Part shown: piece by piece, positions 16,457 through 24,674 of the stretch | How the letters are laid out: each line of letters starts with the position of its first letter | Numbering within the stretch: the first letter of the stretch is position 1 | Virus record (IMG/VR): IMGVR_UViG_3300020432_000050 | Location: 1 to 24,730 of that record | Strand: one strand, 5' to 3' | DNA length: 24,730 nucleotides | DNA from: a virus | Lineage: Duplodnaviria > Caudoviricetes | Position numbers and translations under genes: made by a program | Notes under the pieces: model-generated | What the model was told of the DNA's origin: nothing | The model's input: the letters and a program-made list of their open reading frames with translations, nothing else | Databases searched by the model: none

Positions 16457-17260
16457 TTAATAGAAACCACCCTGTACGTTACAGTAAAATCCATTTGTTA
16501 AAGCAGTAGAACCACTAGCTGCTACATATAACGCTTGACCTCTTCTAAGCATTAAACCTCTTTGTTTTGGTGCTATTTCATTATTAGATGCTCCAAAATT
16601 AGCAGCTCCTGATTGAACTACAGGATGATTTATTAAAGGTAATTTCTCAGTTAATGTTGTACTTAGAATTTGATTTTCCGCTACTTGAGGAATACTTTGA
16701 GTAAATAAAGGGAAAAATTGATTAATATTTGTAATTGTTCCTGTGCTTACTAAGTAAAAACAAAAATCAATTGGTAAAGAAACATCAACTGTTCCTGTAA
16801 TAGTTCCACTAGGAATAGTTGGAATAGTTACATCGAAAGTTGTAGCTGTAAAGTTTAATGTATCAGCAACTGTAAAAGTGTCATCTTTTGGAACAGTTCC
16901 TGTGTTATATGTTTTAAAGTCTAAAAATAATTTTTGTCCTATTTCTAAATTATGTCCTGATCCTACTGTAACGGTGCACTTATCTCCAGTTGCACTAAAG
17001 TTTACAGTTGGAGGAGTCACTGCATCAAGTTTCTGAATAGCTCTTTTTGAATATGTAAACCAAATCTCATCTATATATGCACCACTAATTGAAGTATCAG
17101 TCAATCCAGAATCAACATCAAATACTTTTGTTGCATTACCAACAGCTGTCGGAATTAAACTTGTTAAAAATGATTGTCCAGACGAAACCGTACATAGTGT
17201 CGAATTTGTTGCTGGGCGGTCAACCATTAAAGGTTGTTTGTTTGAACTACTACTTGCCAC
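16457..17260 (-). CDS. Probable virion structural protein with one beta-repeat insertion
   Basis: GTG start; MASSSSNKQPLMVDRP; contains VTVGSGHNLEIGQKLFLDF, similar to the repeats in the next gene; ends GLMLRRGQALYV...VQGGFY. Confidence 0.7.
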   Translation of the reverse strand: MASSSSNKQPLMVDRPATNSTLCTVSSGQSFLTSLIPTAVGNATKVFDVDSGLTDTSISGAYIDEIWFTYSKRAIQKLDAVTPPTVNFSATGDKCTVTVGSGHNLEIGQKLFLDFKTYNTGTVPKDDTFTVADTLNFTATTFDVTIPTIPSGTITGTVDVSLPIDFCFYLVSTGTITNINQFFPLFTQSIPQVAENQILSTTLTEKLPLINHPVVQSGAANFGASNNEIAPKQRGLMLRRGQALYVAASGSTALTNGFYCNVQGGFY

Positions 17261-17304
17261 GTTATTTATTCATAGGACTTGTTTTAATTATATAGGAAGG
17301 CTTT

Positions 17305-17472
17305 TTACTTATCTTTCTTGTTGTCTTTTTTATCTTTTGCTTTAGTAGCCTTGTCCAAAGCTTCTTTACGCTTTTCTTTATCAGACATTTCCTTGCCATC
17401 TTCTTTCTTTTTATTTTTATTTTTAAAATATTCTAATAATTGAGGTGGCATTTTACCTTTTTTGTTAGCCAT
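17305..17472 (-). CDS. Small Lys-rich protein (55 aa), missing from the ORF track
   Basis: MANKKGKMPPQLLEYFKNKNKKKEDGKEMSDKEKRKEALDKATKAKDKKDNKKDK*. ATG directly follows the upstream TAA and the ORF fills the gap. Confidence 0.8.
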   Translation of the reverse strand: MANKKGKMPPQLLEYFKNKNKKKEDGKEMSDKEKRKEALDKATKAKDKKDNKKDK

Positions 17473-17724
17473 TTAATCTTCGTCCTCCCTTTCAATTGGA
17501 ATGTCTAAGGTTTGAGTAAATCGTTTTGGTAGATTAGTACCTTTTGTATAAGAAAAAGGTGCTTCATCAGGGCGAACAGAAAATATATCTACTCGCTTTT
17601 CTCCTGCCATTCTAATACGTCTACCTTTGAAAGGACTCGCTTTCTGTCTTTCCCTTGGACTAATAATATCTCTATCTCTTTTTATACCTAAAGTATATCC
17701 GAGTTTAGTTGAAGGTAGAACCAT
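17473..17724 (-). CDS. Hypothetical basic protein (83 aa)
   Basis: Start overlaps the upstream stop by 1 nt; in operon order. Confidence 0.75.
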   Translation of the reverse strand: MVLPSTKLGYTLGIKRDRDIISPRERQKASPFKGRRIRMAGEKRVDIFSVRPDEAPFSYTKGTNLPKRFTQTLDIPIEREDED

Positions 17725-18203
17725 TATCTATGATTAACCTCTAAAAGGATTCTTGTGCCTACAGCAACGTCTGCTGGCCCTGGCAGAGCTTGTATAAATT
17801 CTGCACCTTCTCTATTAAATCTGTATCTAGCTTGAGCTGGGTTTCTATAGTTTGGAACATATAAATGCATTGCTAATCTATCTGTTTCATAAATATAAAT
17901 TTCTGTCCAAGTCTTTAAAGTTTCACGAAAATCTGATGTTGCAACTGTTCTATCAACGTCACCAGCAATACTTTCTATTCTATTTCTTGGAATAGTATCG
18001 TTGTTAATACTTCCAGTCATGTCTGTTCGCTTTTCAGCTTCATCACAACGACCTAATTGTTCAACAATTTTACTAACCCAAAAAGAGTCTTGTACATTAT
18101 TTAGTGCTTCTTCAAGCCTAGCCTGATCACCAGCAGGTATTGAAGTTAAGTTATAACCTAAATGCCAACGTACTTTTGATTGTAAAAAGGTATCAAGCTT
18201 CAT
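17724..18203 (-). CDS. Probable head completion / head-tail adaptor protein
   Basis: 159 aa, helical, N-terminal KVRWHLGY; position downstream of the capsid genes. Function inferred from synteny. Confidence 0.55.
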   Translation of the reverse strand: MKLDTFLQSKVRWHLGYNLTSIPAGDQARLEEALNNVQDSFWVSKIVEQLGRCDEAEKRTDMTGSINNDTIPRNRIESIAGDVDRTVATSDFRETLKTWTEIYIYETDRLAMHLYVPNYRNPAQARYRFNREGAEFIQALPGPADVAVGTRILLEVNHR

Positions 18204-18228
18204 TCAAACAAGTAAAATTTACCTGTTA

Positions 18229-18669
18229 CTAGTCTACTCTCACTAAGTTTTCTTTAAATATCTCATCCCAATCTATACGTTTGATACCTCTTAGTTGCTC
18301 TAGTTTTGTAAATCTTTCTCCTGAAAGTGTAGTTTGTAAATCTTTAATATCTCTAGCAGTTTTTAAACCTACGCCAGGTAAGGCATCTGCTATTTGTCTA
18401 GCACCTGCAGTATTAATATTTATTCTAGTGTCAACAGGAAAAGTTTCTCTATTACTTACTTTTGGTTCTTTTTCCCCACCTGCTTCTAATTCTGCTTTTA
18501 ATCTTTCTTCTGTTTTTATTTTTTCTCCTGTAGCACCAACGCATGGAATTAGATCTTCATCATTTACATATTCAGTCTCATCATTAGCATTTATGACCAT
18601 AGATACTCCTTCTCCATGTTGAGATATCTTTTCTACTATTCCTCCAGTAATTTTGTGTTGATACAACAT
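18229..18669 (-). CDS. ComEA-like helix-hairpin-helix DNA-binding protein
   Basis: RININTAGARQIADALPGVGLKTARDI...F..LEQLRGI matches the ComEA HhH signature (ININTA...LPGIG...A..I). Confidence 0.85.
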   Translation of the reverse strand: MLYQHKITGGIVEKISQHGEGVSMVINANDETEYVNDEDLIPCVGATGEKIKTEERLKAELEAGGEKEPKVSNRETFPVDTRININTAGARQIADALPGVGLKTARDIKDLQTTLSGERFTKLEQLRGIKRIDWDEIFKENLVRVD

Positions 18670-18724
18670 AATTTTAAAAAATCCTTCTTTATTTAGAATA
18701 ACTCAATAAATTTTTCTTGACAAT

Positions 18725-18750
18725 AAAAAAGCGAGCCATAAAGACTCGCT
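18725..18750 (-). terminator. Rho-independent terminator after the capsid genes
   Basis: Minus strand AGCGAGTC-TTTAT-GGCTCGCT (8-bp stem with one G-U pair) followed by a T run, 26 nt past the stop at 18777. Confidence 0.85.
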
Positions 18751-18776
18751 CTTTCTACTAATTCTAAGAATATGAA

Positions 18777-19595
18777 TTAAGAATCTGTACCGCCTACCTG
18801 AGAAGCAAAGTCAATGAATCCTTGGATGTCACTGAAGCTTACTCCTGCAGCTGGACGTAAGTAGTTAACACGGCATATGATATATGCTGCTCTACCTGCG
18901 TCATGGTCATCATCAGAGATGAATACACCGTCACCATCAACTGAAGTACCTGTTACAGCATTAACATTATAAATTTTAAATGTTGTGTTTGCTGTTACCT
19001 TGTACATCATGGAATTAGCCGCGTTAGCCGCAGTAATACCACCACCTGTTACTACTGTCCAAAATGGAAGTTTGCCAACAGATACGTTTGAACTACCTTG
19101 AGCAACCTTTGTACTTGCAAAAGTCAAAGTAGATGTTGCTGCTGCTAAACCATTTTGCTGAGTAGATGGAACACCTAAAGGAGCACCACCATTATCAGGA
19201 CCAAGTAGTAATAACTCAGTGTTAGTACCCTTGATATCTGCTGTCACTGGAGAAGCAGGGAAAGATGGTAGACCACCTGATGGGATGTCTTGACCTATAG
19301 CTATAGAAGCTCCATAAATATATGCTGGTCTGTCTGAACTAGCATTTACTACTAAGCTGCTGCGGTCACTACGTACACGATCATCAGGACGACGATCGGG
19401 AGAAGGGATTGTGATGTTGAAGCTCTTGTGGTTTGCTTTTGCACCTTCTTTAGAAGAAACCTTATGGAATCCAATAAGTTCAAATGCTTCAACTCCAGGC
19501 CAACCTTTAACACCTTCATGGTTGAAGGATGATAAACGTCCAATCTGATTACCTGGCTCTAGGATTGCTCCTGCGTCACTCTTGTAAGTTGCCAT
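18777..19595 (-). CDS. Probable capsid decoration / minor capsid protein
   Basis: 272 aa; directly follows the capsid gene with SD GGAGG and shares its terminator. Function inferred from position. Confidence 0.6.
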   Translation of the reverse strand: MATYKSDAGAILEPGNQIGRLSSFNHEGVKGWPGVEAFELIGFHKVSSKEGAKANHKSFNITIPSPDRRPDDRVRSDRSSLVVNASSDRPAYIYGASIAIGQDIPSGGLPSFPASPVTADIKGTNTELLLLGPDNGGAPLGVPSTQQNGLAAATSTLTFASTKVAQGSSNVSVGKLPFWTVVTGGGITAANAANSMMYKVTANTTFKIYNVNAVTGTSVDGDGVFISDDDHDAGRAAYIICRVNYLRPAAGVSFSDIQGFIDFASQVGGTDS

Positions 19596-19608
19596 TAGTT
19601 AATCCTCC

Positions 19609-20754
19609 TTATTCTGTGATTGTGAAGGAAGTGGTAATGAAGTCCTTATTCAAGTTCGCAAAACCAGCATAAAGCTGCCATATAAGAATAATGAATCTTG
19701 AGAAATCATCATTATTATTAATTAAAACTTGAGCGTTAGGGCCACCAATACCAACACCAATTGCCTGTGGACCAAAGAACAATCCAGCTGGAGTTGTTCT
19801 AGAGGATGCACCGTTTCCATCTCCAATATCGACCGAAATTGTTTTAGATGGGAAGTTTGTAGATTCAAAGAATCTTACTCCTTCAAACACGAATCCAGAA
19901 GGCATAACTGGTTCACCAGCTACGAACTGAGCTTGTCCATACTGTCCACCAGCATAGATTGCTTGGTTAGGAGCCATAGCACCCATTAAAGGTGAACCCT
20001 GACCCATTCCTGGATATCTTGCTACTTCACGGAAGCCTTGATCGGCTCTTAGATCTTTCATAAATGAAGGATCTGCTATACAACGATAATATCCGTCTGC
20101 GAATACTGGTACGTGACGCTTTCTTAGACTCTTAACTACCTCAAGGAGGTCAGTCTTAACATTGAACTTGAAACGCTCAGAAGCATATTCTGTAGCAGAG
20201 TAAGCATTTAATGCAGTAGAGCTAGACTTTGTCTTACCATTTGGATAGTAATAACCACCCTGTGTATCAGATGCAGCACCACGAGATTCAGATTTGAATA
20301 GTTCATCAATGAATACTCTGTCTCTCCATCTACGGTAATCGTCTAACAAGGTCAACGAACCAATTGATTGATGGAACATGTTTAAGTTTCCAGTATCAAG
20401 CAATAGACGCTGAGCTGTCATTAGGGTTTCTCTAGCAATCTTAAATGTGCTAGGAAGAGTTGTATTATTAGGGTCAGCAGGACCTGTATATTCCCTAAGA
20501 GATACAAGTACCTTGTCCTTTACGATAGATCTGCTGTTAGCAGTTCCGATTGTTTGGTCTTGAGTACGCTCACGAGAAGTTTTTGTACCTGGATTTCCAA
20601 AAAATCTGTATCTATCGAGTTGAACGGTCTGCCCTGGCTGTTTAGTGAAGTCATGTACCACTACTGGCTCGGAAGCCATTTCTACGATATACGCAGGATG
20701 AGGTCTGTATAACTCGGCACCAAGCAGCTTCGGAAAATCGTTATCTATAAACAT
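19609..20754 (-). CDS. Major capsid protein
   Basis: 381 aa; HDFTKQPGQTVQLDRY, YYRCIADP...DLRAD, FEGVRFFEST, FFGPQAIG, DDFSR..ILIW...GF resemble HK97-fold capsid proteins; follows portal and scaffold. Confidence 0.88.
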   Translation of the reverse strand: MFIDNDFPKLLGAELYRPHPAYIVEMASEPVVVHDFTKQPGQTVQLDRYRFFGNPGTKTSRERTQDQTIGTANSRSIVKDKVLVSLREYTGPADPNNTTLPSTFKIARETLMTAQRLLLDTGNLNMFHQSIGSLTLLDDYRRWRDRVFIDELFKSESRGAASDTQGGYYYPNGKTKSSSTALNAYSATEYASERFKFNVKTDLLEVVKSLRKRHVPVFADGYYRCIADPSFMKDLRADQGFREVARYPGMGQGSPLMGAMAPNQAIYAGGQYGQAQFVAGEPVMPSGFVFEGVRFFESTNFPSKTISVDIGDGNGASSRTTPAGLFFGPQAIGVGIGGPNAQVLINNNDDFSRFIILIWQLYAGFANLNKDFITTSFTITE

Positions 20755-20763
20755 TTTTAGAAG

Positions 20764-20841
20764 TCAGCTAGGTTTGCTGATAGCGAACACATAGTTGTGT
20801 TCTGTGAAACTGGAAAATAAATTCCATTAAGTACAATTATA
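20764..20841 (-). promoter_or_regulatory. Putative -10 box and three-hairpin 5' leader of the capsid gene
   Basis: TATAAT on the minus strand at 20836-20841; inverted repeats at 20811-20826, 20785-20802 and 20764-20780. Confidence 0.6.
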
Positions 20842-20865
20842 CTTACCCTTAATAAACGAGATTAT

Positions 20866-21090
20866 TTAAGTTTCTGGGTTAATTACTGACTGAGTTGTAG
20901 TTCCGTCTAACTGATTAGTCAAAGAATATGTTGTTGGTCTTACTACTCCAATACGTCCCATTGGATTAATATATCCATCTTCAGGTTGTAAATCTGCTTC
21001 AGAAGCTTTAACCATTTCTGCTTCCATCATCATTTGAGCCAACGCTTTTTCTGCTTTTCCTTTAGCTTTTTTAGCTTTTGCGTGTTCCAT
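20866..21090 (-). CDS. Hypothetical protein (74 aa)
   Basis: ATG abuts the upstream stop; Lys/Ala-rich N-terminus. Confidence 0.7.
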   Translation of the reverse strand: MEHAKAKKAKGKAEKALAQMMMEAEMVKASEADLQPEDGYINPMGRIGVVRPTTYSLTNQLDGTTTQSVINPET

Positions 21091-21522
21091 TTACTTTTTA
21101 TCTTTCTTTGATTCTAAAGGAGGCTGACCTACAGGTAACTGCATAAGCCCTGCTGCAGGTATGAATTTTGCCAAGAACATCTGTTCCTGACTTCTAATCA
21201 TATCTTGAGTTTGTTCTGCAGCTCTAATGTTCTGTGGAGCTAATAATCCGTTAGCAGGTAAAGGAGAACCTGGCAAATTTAATTTTAAATATGATGCATC
21301 TAAATCAGAAGGCATTTTTGCACCTTCCACAACTCTTGTATCCCCTTCTCTCATTCTTATATTTGCGTATTCATCTCTATTGCCAGCTGCTAATTGTGAC
21401 ATAGTATCAGTGCCACCAAAACCTATTAACTGTGGAGAACCTATAGGTCCACCTGCAGTTCCTATACCTTGTAAAAATTTATCTGCTTTTTCCGTAGTAC
21501 TGGCTTTTTTTTTGTGTTTCAT
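21091..21522 (-). CDS. Hypothetical protein (143 aa)
   Basis: In operon order between scaffold and capsid; basic termini. Confidence 0.75.
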   Translation of the reverse strand: MKHKKKASTTEKADKFLQGIGTAGGPIGSPQLIGFGGTDTMSQLAAGNRDEYANIRMREGDTRVVEGAKMPSDLDASYLKLNLPGSPLPANGLLAPQNIRAAEQTQDMIRSQEQMFLAKFIPAAGLMQLPVGQPPLESKKDKK

Positions 21523-21523
21523 T

Positions 21524-21712
21524 TTATCTCATTAAAAGAGGATTGTAAGAAATACCTTGATTGCGAGGAGCTATACCTCCGATACCCATTTGAGCTAATT
21601 TTTTTTCTTGGTCTTTACGCTTTTTAGCATCCATTAATTGCTGAGTTGCGATTACTGCAGCAAAAGGCATTAGAAAATCATCTAATGCCATTCCTGCCAT
21701 TCTTCCACCCAT
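21524..21712 (-). CDS. Hypothetical protein (62 aa)
   Basis: Start overlaps the scaffold stop by 1 nt (TAATG). Confidence 0.65.
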   Translation of the reverse strand: MGGRMAGMALDDFLMPFAAVIATQQLMDAKKRKDQEKKLAQMGIGGIAPRNQGISYNPLLMR

Positions 21713-22716
21713 TATTCCATTACGAGAAGTTTCTCACGGAATACTTGTGGATTTTGCTGTGCAGCATTTAAGTATCTCCAAGCATTTTGTGGATCTCTAT
21801 CTGCTGCTCCACCGAAGTCCTTCCAAAAATCTTGTGAATTTTGAGGAGCTTGTGGCTGTGGAGGAACAGGCATTTGAGGTCTTGCTGGAGCCTGTGCTTG
21901 AGCTTGACCTTGTGCAGCAGCTGGGTTAGGTAGCTGTTGACCTGCAAAAGTAGGAGCCTGTGGATATGCAGGAGCATCATCCTCTACTGGATAAGGTCCA
22001 TTCTCTCCAAAGAACTCACATGTATAGTCAGCTAAAACGTCAGGATCTGTAAGAATCTGTTCGTATGCTTTATGCTCAGTTGACATTTCTTGTAAAAGAT
22101 TTACAGCTTCCTGTAACTGAGTATTTGTTGTTATTAATGAATCTTCTAACTGACAAGCATAGTTGTTAAGCACTGCTGGAGCATCTGCACCAAAGTGATT
22201 AATTACTTCAAGACTTGCCTCGCTTACCCCGTTGGCTAGGAGCTGTTCGTTGGTTATCTCCTGAGAAGTTTGGGAAGAGCTGTTGGAGTATGCCTGGTTG
22301 CTGTTGCTCGAAGGCATATAAGTCTGCTGACCCTGATTGTTGTATGGGGTTGTTTGTTGGTATCCGTAATTGGCTTGGTCTGCTGCTGGGCTCACCGTCG
22401 ACTGTTGACCCTGGAACGGGAATTGGACTGGAGAACTCAGGAGACCCACTACCCTGTTGAATGCGTCCTTGTATGGGTTGTCCGCTTGTGGGGCTGCCTG
22501 CTGTGGCTGGGGCTGATACTGTGTAGGGTTGTATTGAATCCCTTGTACCCCCATCTGGGCTTGGGCTACTGGGGCTGGAGCCTGTTGGGGTTGGGAAGGA
22601 GCCACCCATTGGGAATTCCCTGAAACCGCTTGAGTCTGAGGAGCCACGTAGCTGCTCTGCTGGGTCGGGGATGTCTGGGGTGCTGATTGGGTCTGCTGAG
22701 CGGTAGCGTCCTGCAT
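21712..22716 (-). CDS. Probable capsid scaffolding protein
   Basis: Q/P/A-rich disordered arms around an acidic coiled-coil core; SD GAGGT 5 nt before the ATG; sits between portal and capsid genes. Confidence 0.7.
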   Translation of the reverse strand: MQDATAQQTQSAPQTSPTQQSSYVAPQTQAVSGNSQWVAPSQPQQAPAPVAQAQMGVQGIQYNPTQYQPQPQQAAPQADNPYKDAFNRVVGLLSSPVQFPFQGQQSTVSPAADQANYGYQQTTPYNNQGQQTYMPSSNSNQAYSNSSSQTSQEITNEQLLANGVSEASLEVINHFGADAPAVLNNYACQLEDSLITTNTQLQEAVNLLQEMSTEHKAYEQILTDPDVLADYTCEFFGENGPYPVEDDAPAYPQAPTFAGQQLPNPAAAQGQAQAQAPARPQMPVPPQPQAPQNSQDFWKDFGGAADRDPQNAWRYLNAAQQNPQVFREKLLVME

Positions 22717-24448
22717 AAGTTACCTCTTTTTGTAAGCTTTCTAATGTTCGATATAAGAATGGAGTTAAATCCAAACGTGGATCAGCTGCCATCGGTAAGT
22801 TAGGCTGCTGAGGATGTGGGGTTCGCATTTCCTGATTTATTAAGTCAATAAATGCGGAATATGCCCTTTGTACTTCACCTACCATTCTAAACGGAAAACC
22901 AGAAAGCATTGCTGCAATTTCGTCGTCAGTTTTCGAAGGAAATAAGTACTTCAGTGCTTCTATACTATCAACCCCCAATTCTTGAAGGTTTCTAGTAAAG
23001 ATAGATTGATTGAGTTTATCCTGTGCTGTATCTTCATACACAGGACCCATCCATCTCCAAAGAACTGTTCTATCTCCATCGGGTGCTAGTCCTAATACAC
23101 CATCGGGGATTTCTCTTGTTTCTACTGCAGTATCAATAGCTTGTTGAAGTTTCTGTTCATACTTAATTTTTTGTTTTTCATACTTCTCTAGAGCTTTAGG
23201 ATCTTCTGTATTTTCTGGTAATTCAGGATATTTTATTCCTGAAGAAAATGCTAATGATTTTCTAAAAATTTGTTCTTCTTGGAAAATAATTAATTCAAAA
23301 ACTTTACAAATTCCATACTGATAAATCTGTAAACATTTTTTCTTAGCAGTAGCACTTACACGTCCATAAGCAGATTTAATTTCTGTAGCTGTTACGTTGG
23401 TGATACTTAAATCATCTATACCTCCAAGAGCTAATCTAATTTCACTTCTTAGCTGTTCAGAGAATCTAGCCTGATCAGAACTAACAGCATTTGGAGTTAT
23501 AAATCCAACTCTATCTGATGGTTCTAAGTTTGCTATAACTCTAGGAACTCTCATTCCACTACCTGGCCTTCCTGCATAACCTGGCTGCTGTCTTGTTATT
23601 GGATCTTGCTTATATGTTGAACTAAATAAATCAACATTAGAAGCAAAACCTGATTGACTAGATATACTTGGTCTTTGTGCTGTTTCAGAATCGCTTTCTA
23701 CAATGTCCTGTTTTGGTCTTGATGATAAAAGAGTTGGATTACCAAAGAATGATAAGTTAGCTCTAATATTTTTAACCATCTCATCATGAGCTGTAATTTG
23801 ATTAGCAATAAAATCAAACTCACCTGAACCATCAGTACCAAAAGCATCAGGATTATTAAATACTTCAACACATGGAATAAACTCCATAGTATTTTCTACA
23901 ACTTTTTTATCAAAAGTCGCAAAATTTGTATTTTCTTGATCAAAAGTTATTTCTTGTTCTGCATGATATTCTTCTATTTCTGTAGCTGTAATTTTTAATC
24001 TCATATATCTTTTATCAGTATTTAAACCAACTCCAGCAAAACCTTTCGAGGATCTGACCTTATATGGATAAATAATGATTACTTCTTCTAGTTCTCCTTC
24101 AGGCGAATAATATGTCCTATAAGAATCTTTATTAAACCAATAAATTCTGTAAGATTTTTTTGTAGGTCTTATATAAAATAATCCTTTTCCATATGCTAAA
24201 AATCTATCCCATATTGCATCTAATCTTGCATCAAGTTGATTAAACTTTATAACTTGCTGAATAAAATCAAATCTCTGTGTACCGAAATTATCTTGCTGCG
24301 GATAAAACTCAACTCCCTGTCTTATACCAAACATCTTCATTTGGGATAAGTGAGAACTAACCAGCATTGTGTCAGCTGATCCTTTTCCGTCACGATCTAT
24401 GACGGATTTAATCATTTCTTCAAGAACAGCTTTACTATTACTCTCCAT
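22208..24448 (-). CDS. Probable portal protein with long disordered C-terminal extension
   Basis: 746 aa; FLAYGKGLFYIR, FIPCVEVFN, G.GEFD, SFFGNPTL patterns and position upstream of scaffold and capsid. The last ~169 codons overlap the scaffold gene. Confidence 0.78.
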   Translation of the reverse strand: MESNSKAVLEEMIKSVIDRDGKGSADTMLVSSHLSQMKMFGIRQGVEFYPQQDNFGTQRFDFIQQVIKFNQLDARLDAIWDRFLAYGKGLFYIRPTKKSYRIYWFNKDSYRTYYSPEGELEEVIIIYPYKVRSSKGFAGVGLNTDKRYMRLKITATEIEEYHAEQEITFDQENTNFATFDKKVVENTMEFIPCVEVFNNPDAFGTDGSGEFDFIANQITAHDEMVKNIRANLSFFGNPTLLSSRPKQDIVESDSETAQRPSISSQSGFASNVDLFSSTYKQDPITRQQPGYAGRPGSGMRVPRVIANLEPSDRVGFITPNAVSSDQARFSEQLRSEIRLALGGIDDLSITNVTATEIKSAYGRVSATAKKKCLQIYQYGICKVFELIIFQEEQIFRKSLAFSSGIKYPELPENTEDPKALEKYEKQKIKYEQKLQQAIDTAVETREIPDGVLGLAPDGDRTVLWRWMGPVYEDTAQDKLNQSIFTRNLQELGVDSIEALKYLFPSKTDDEIAAMLSGFPFRMVGEVQRAYSAFIDLINQEMRTPHPQQPNLPMAADPRLDLTPFLYRTLESLQKEVTYAGRYRSADPISTPDIPDPAEQLRGSSDSSGFREFPMGGSFPTPTGSSPSSPSPDGGTRDSIQPYTVSAPATAGSPTSGQPIQGRIQQGSGSPEFSSPIPVPGSTVDGEPSSRPSQLRIPTNNPIQQSGSADLYAFEQQQPGILQQLFPNFSGDNQRTAPSQRGKRGKS

Positions 24449-24464
24449 TAATTAGATCCCTTTG

Positions 24465-24650
24465 CTATTGGTCAATGACGTAACCAGCATGTAAACGCTT
24501 CATAGTAATTACATCTCCATCAACTTCAACATCAAATCTTTCATTTGGTTGAAGTGCCATGTCGTGACATAGCTCGTCAGGTAACGAAATCACAGCTGAA
24601 CCATAAGCATCTTGCTCAAGTTCAAGTTTGTAAAAAGTTGGTTCTGGCAT
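24465..24650 (-). CDS. AbrB/MazE/SpoVT-like DNA-binding protein
   Basis: GSAVISLPDELCHDMALQPNERFDVEVDGDVITMKRL matches the swapped-hairpin pattern. Confidence 0.75.
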   Translation of the reverse strand: MPEPTFYKLELEQDAYGSAVISLPDELCHDMALQPNERFDVEVDGDVITMKRLHAGYVIDQ

Positions 24651-24674
24651 TGTTAATACTTCTAGTTTAAATCC

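Noticed and set aside
18717-18722. Perfect TTGACA on the plus strand
   Set aside because: No matching -10 at 16-18 nt and no plus-strand gene downstream; it abuts the terminator.
17089-21980. Minus-strand alternative-frame ORFs 17089..17295, 19352..19543 and 21768..21980
   Set aside because: Short, nested in better ORFs, no SD or protein-like features.
13982-22623. Plus-strand ORFs 13982..14164, 18281..18622, 19729..19989, 21227..21535, 21747..21929, 22215..22460 and 22270..22623
   Set aside because: Antisense to real genes; the last two are explained by higher GC in the portal/scaffold overlap.
22208-22716. Portal extension as a sequencing or assembly frameshift artefact
   Set aside because: Both frames are open throughout, the scaffold has its own SD and ATG, and codon choice avoids stops in the portal frame.
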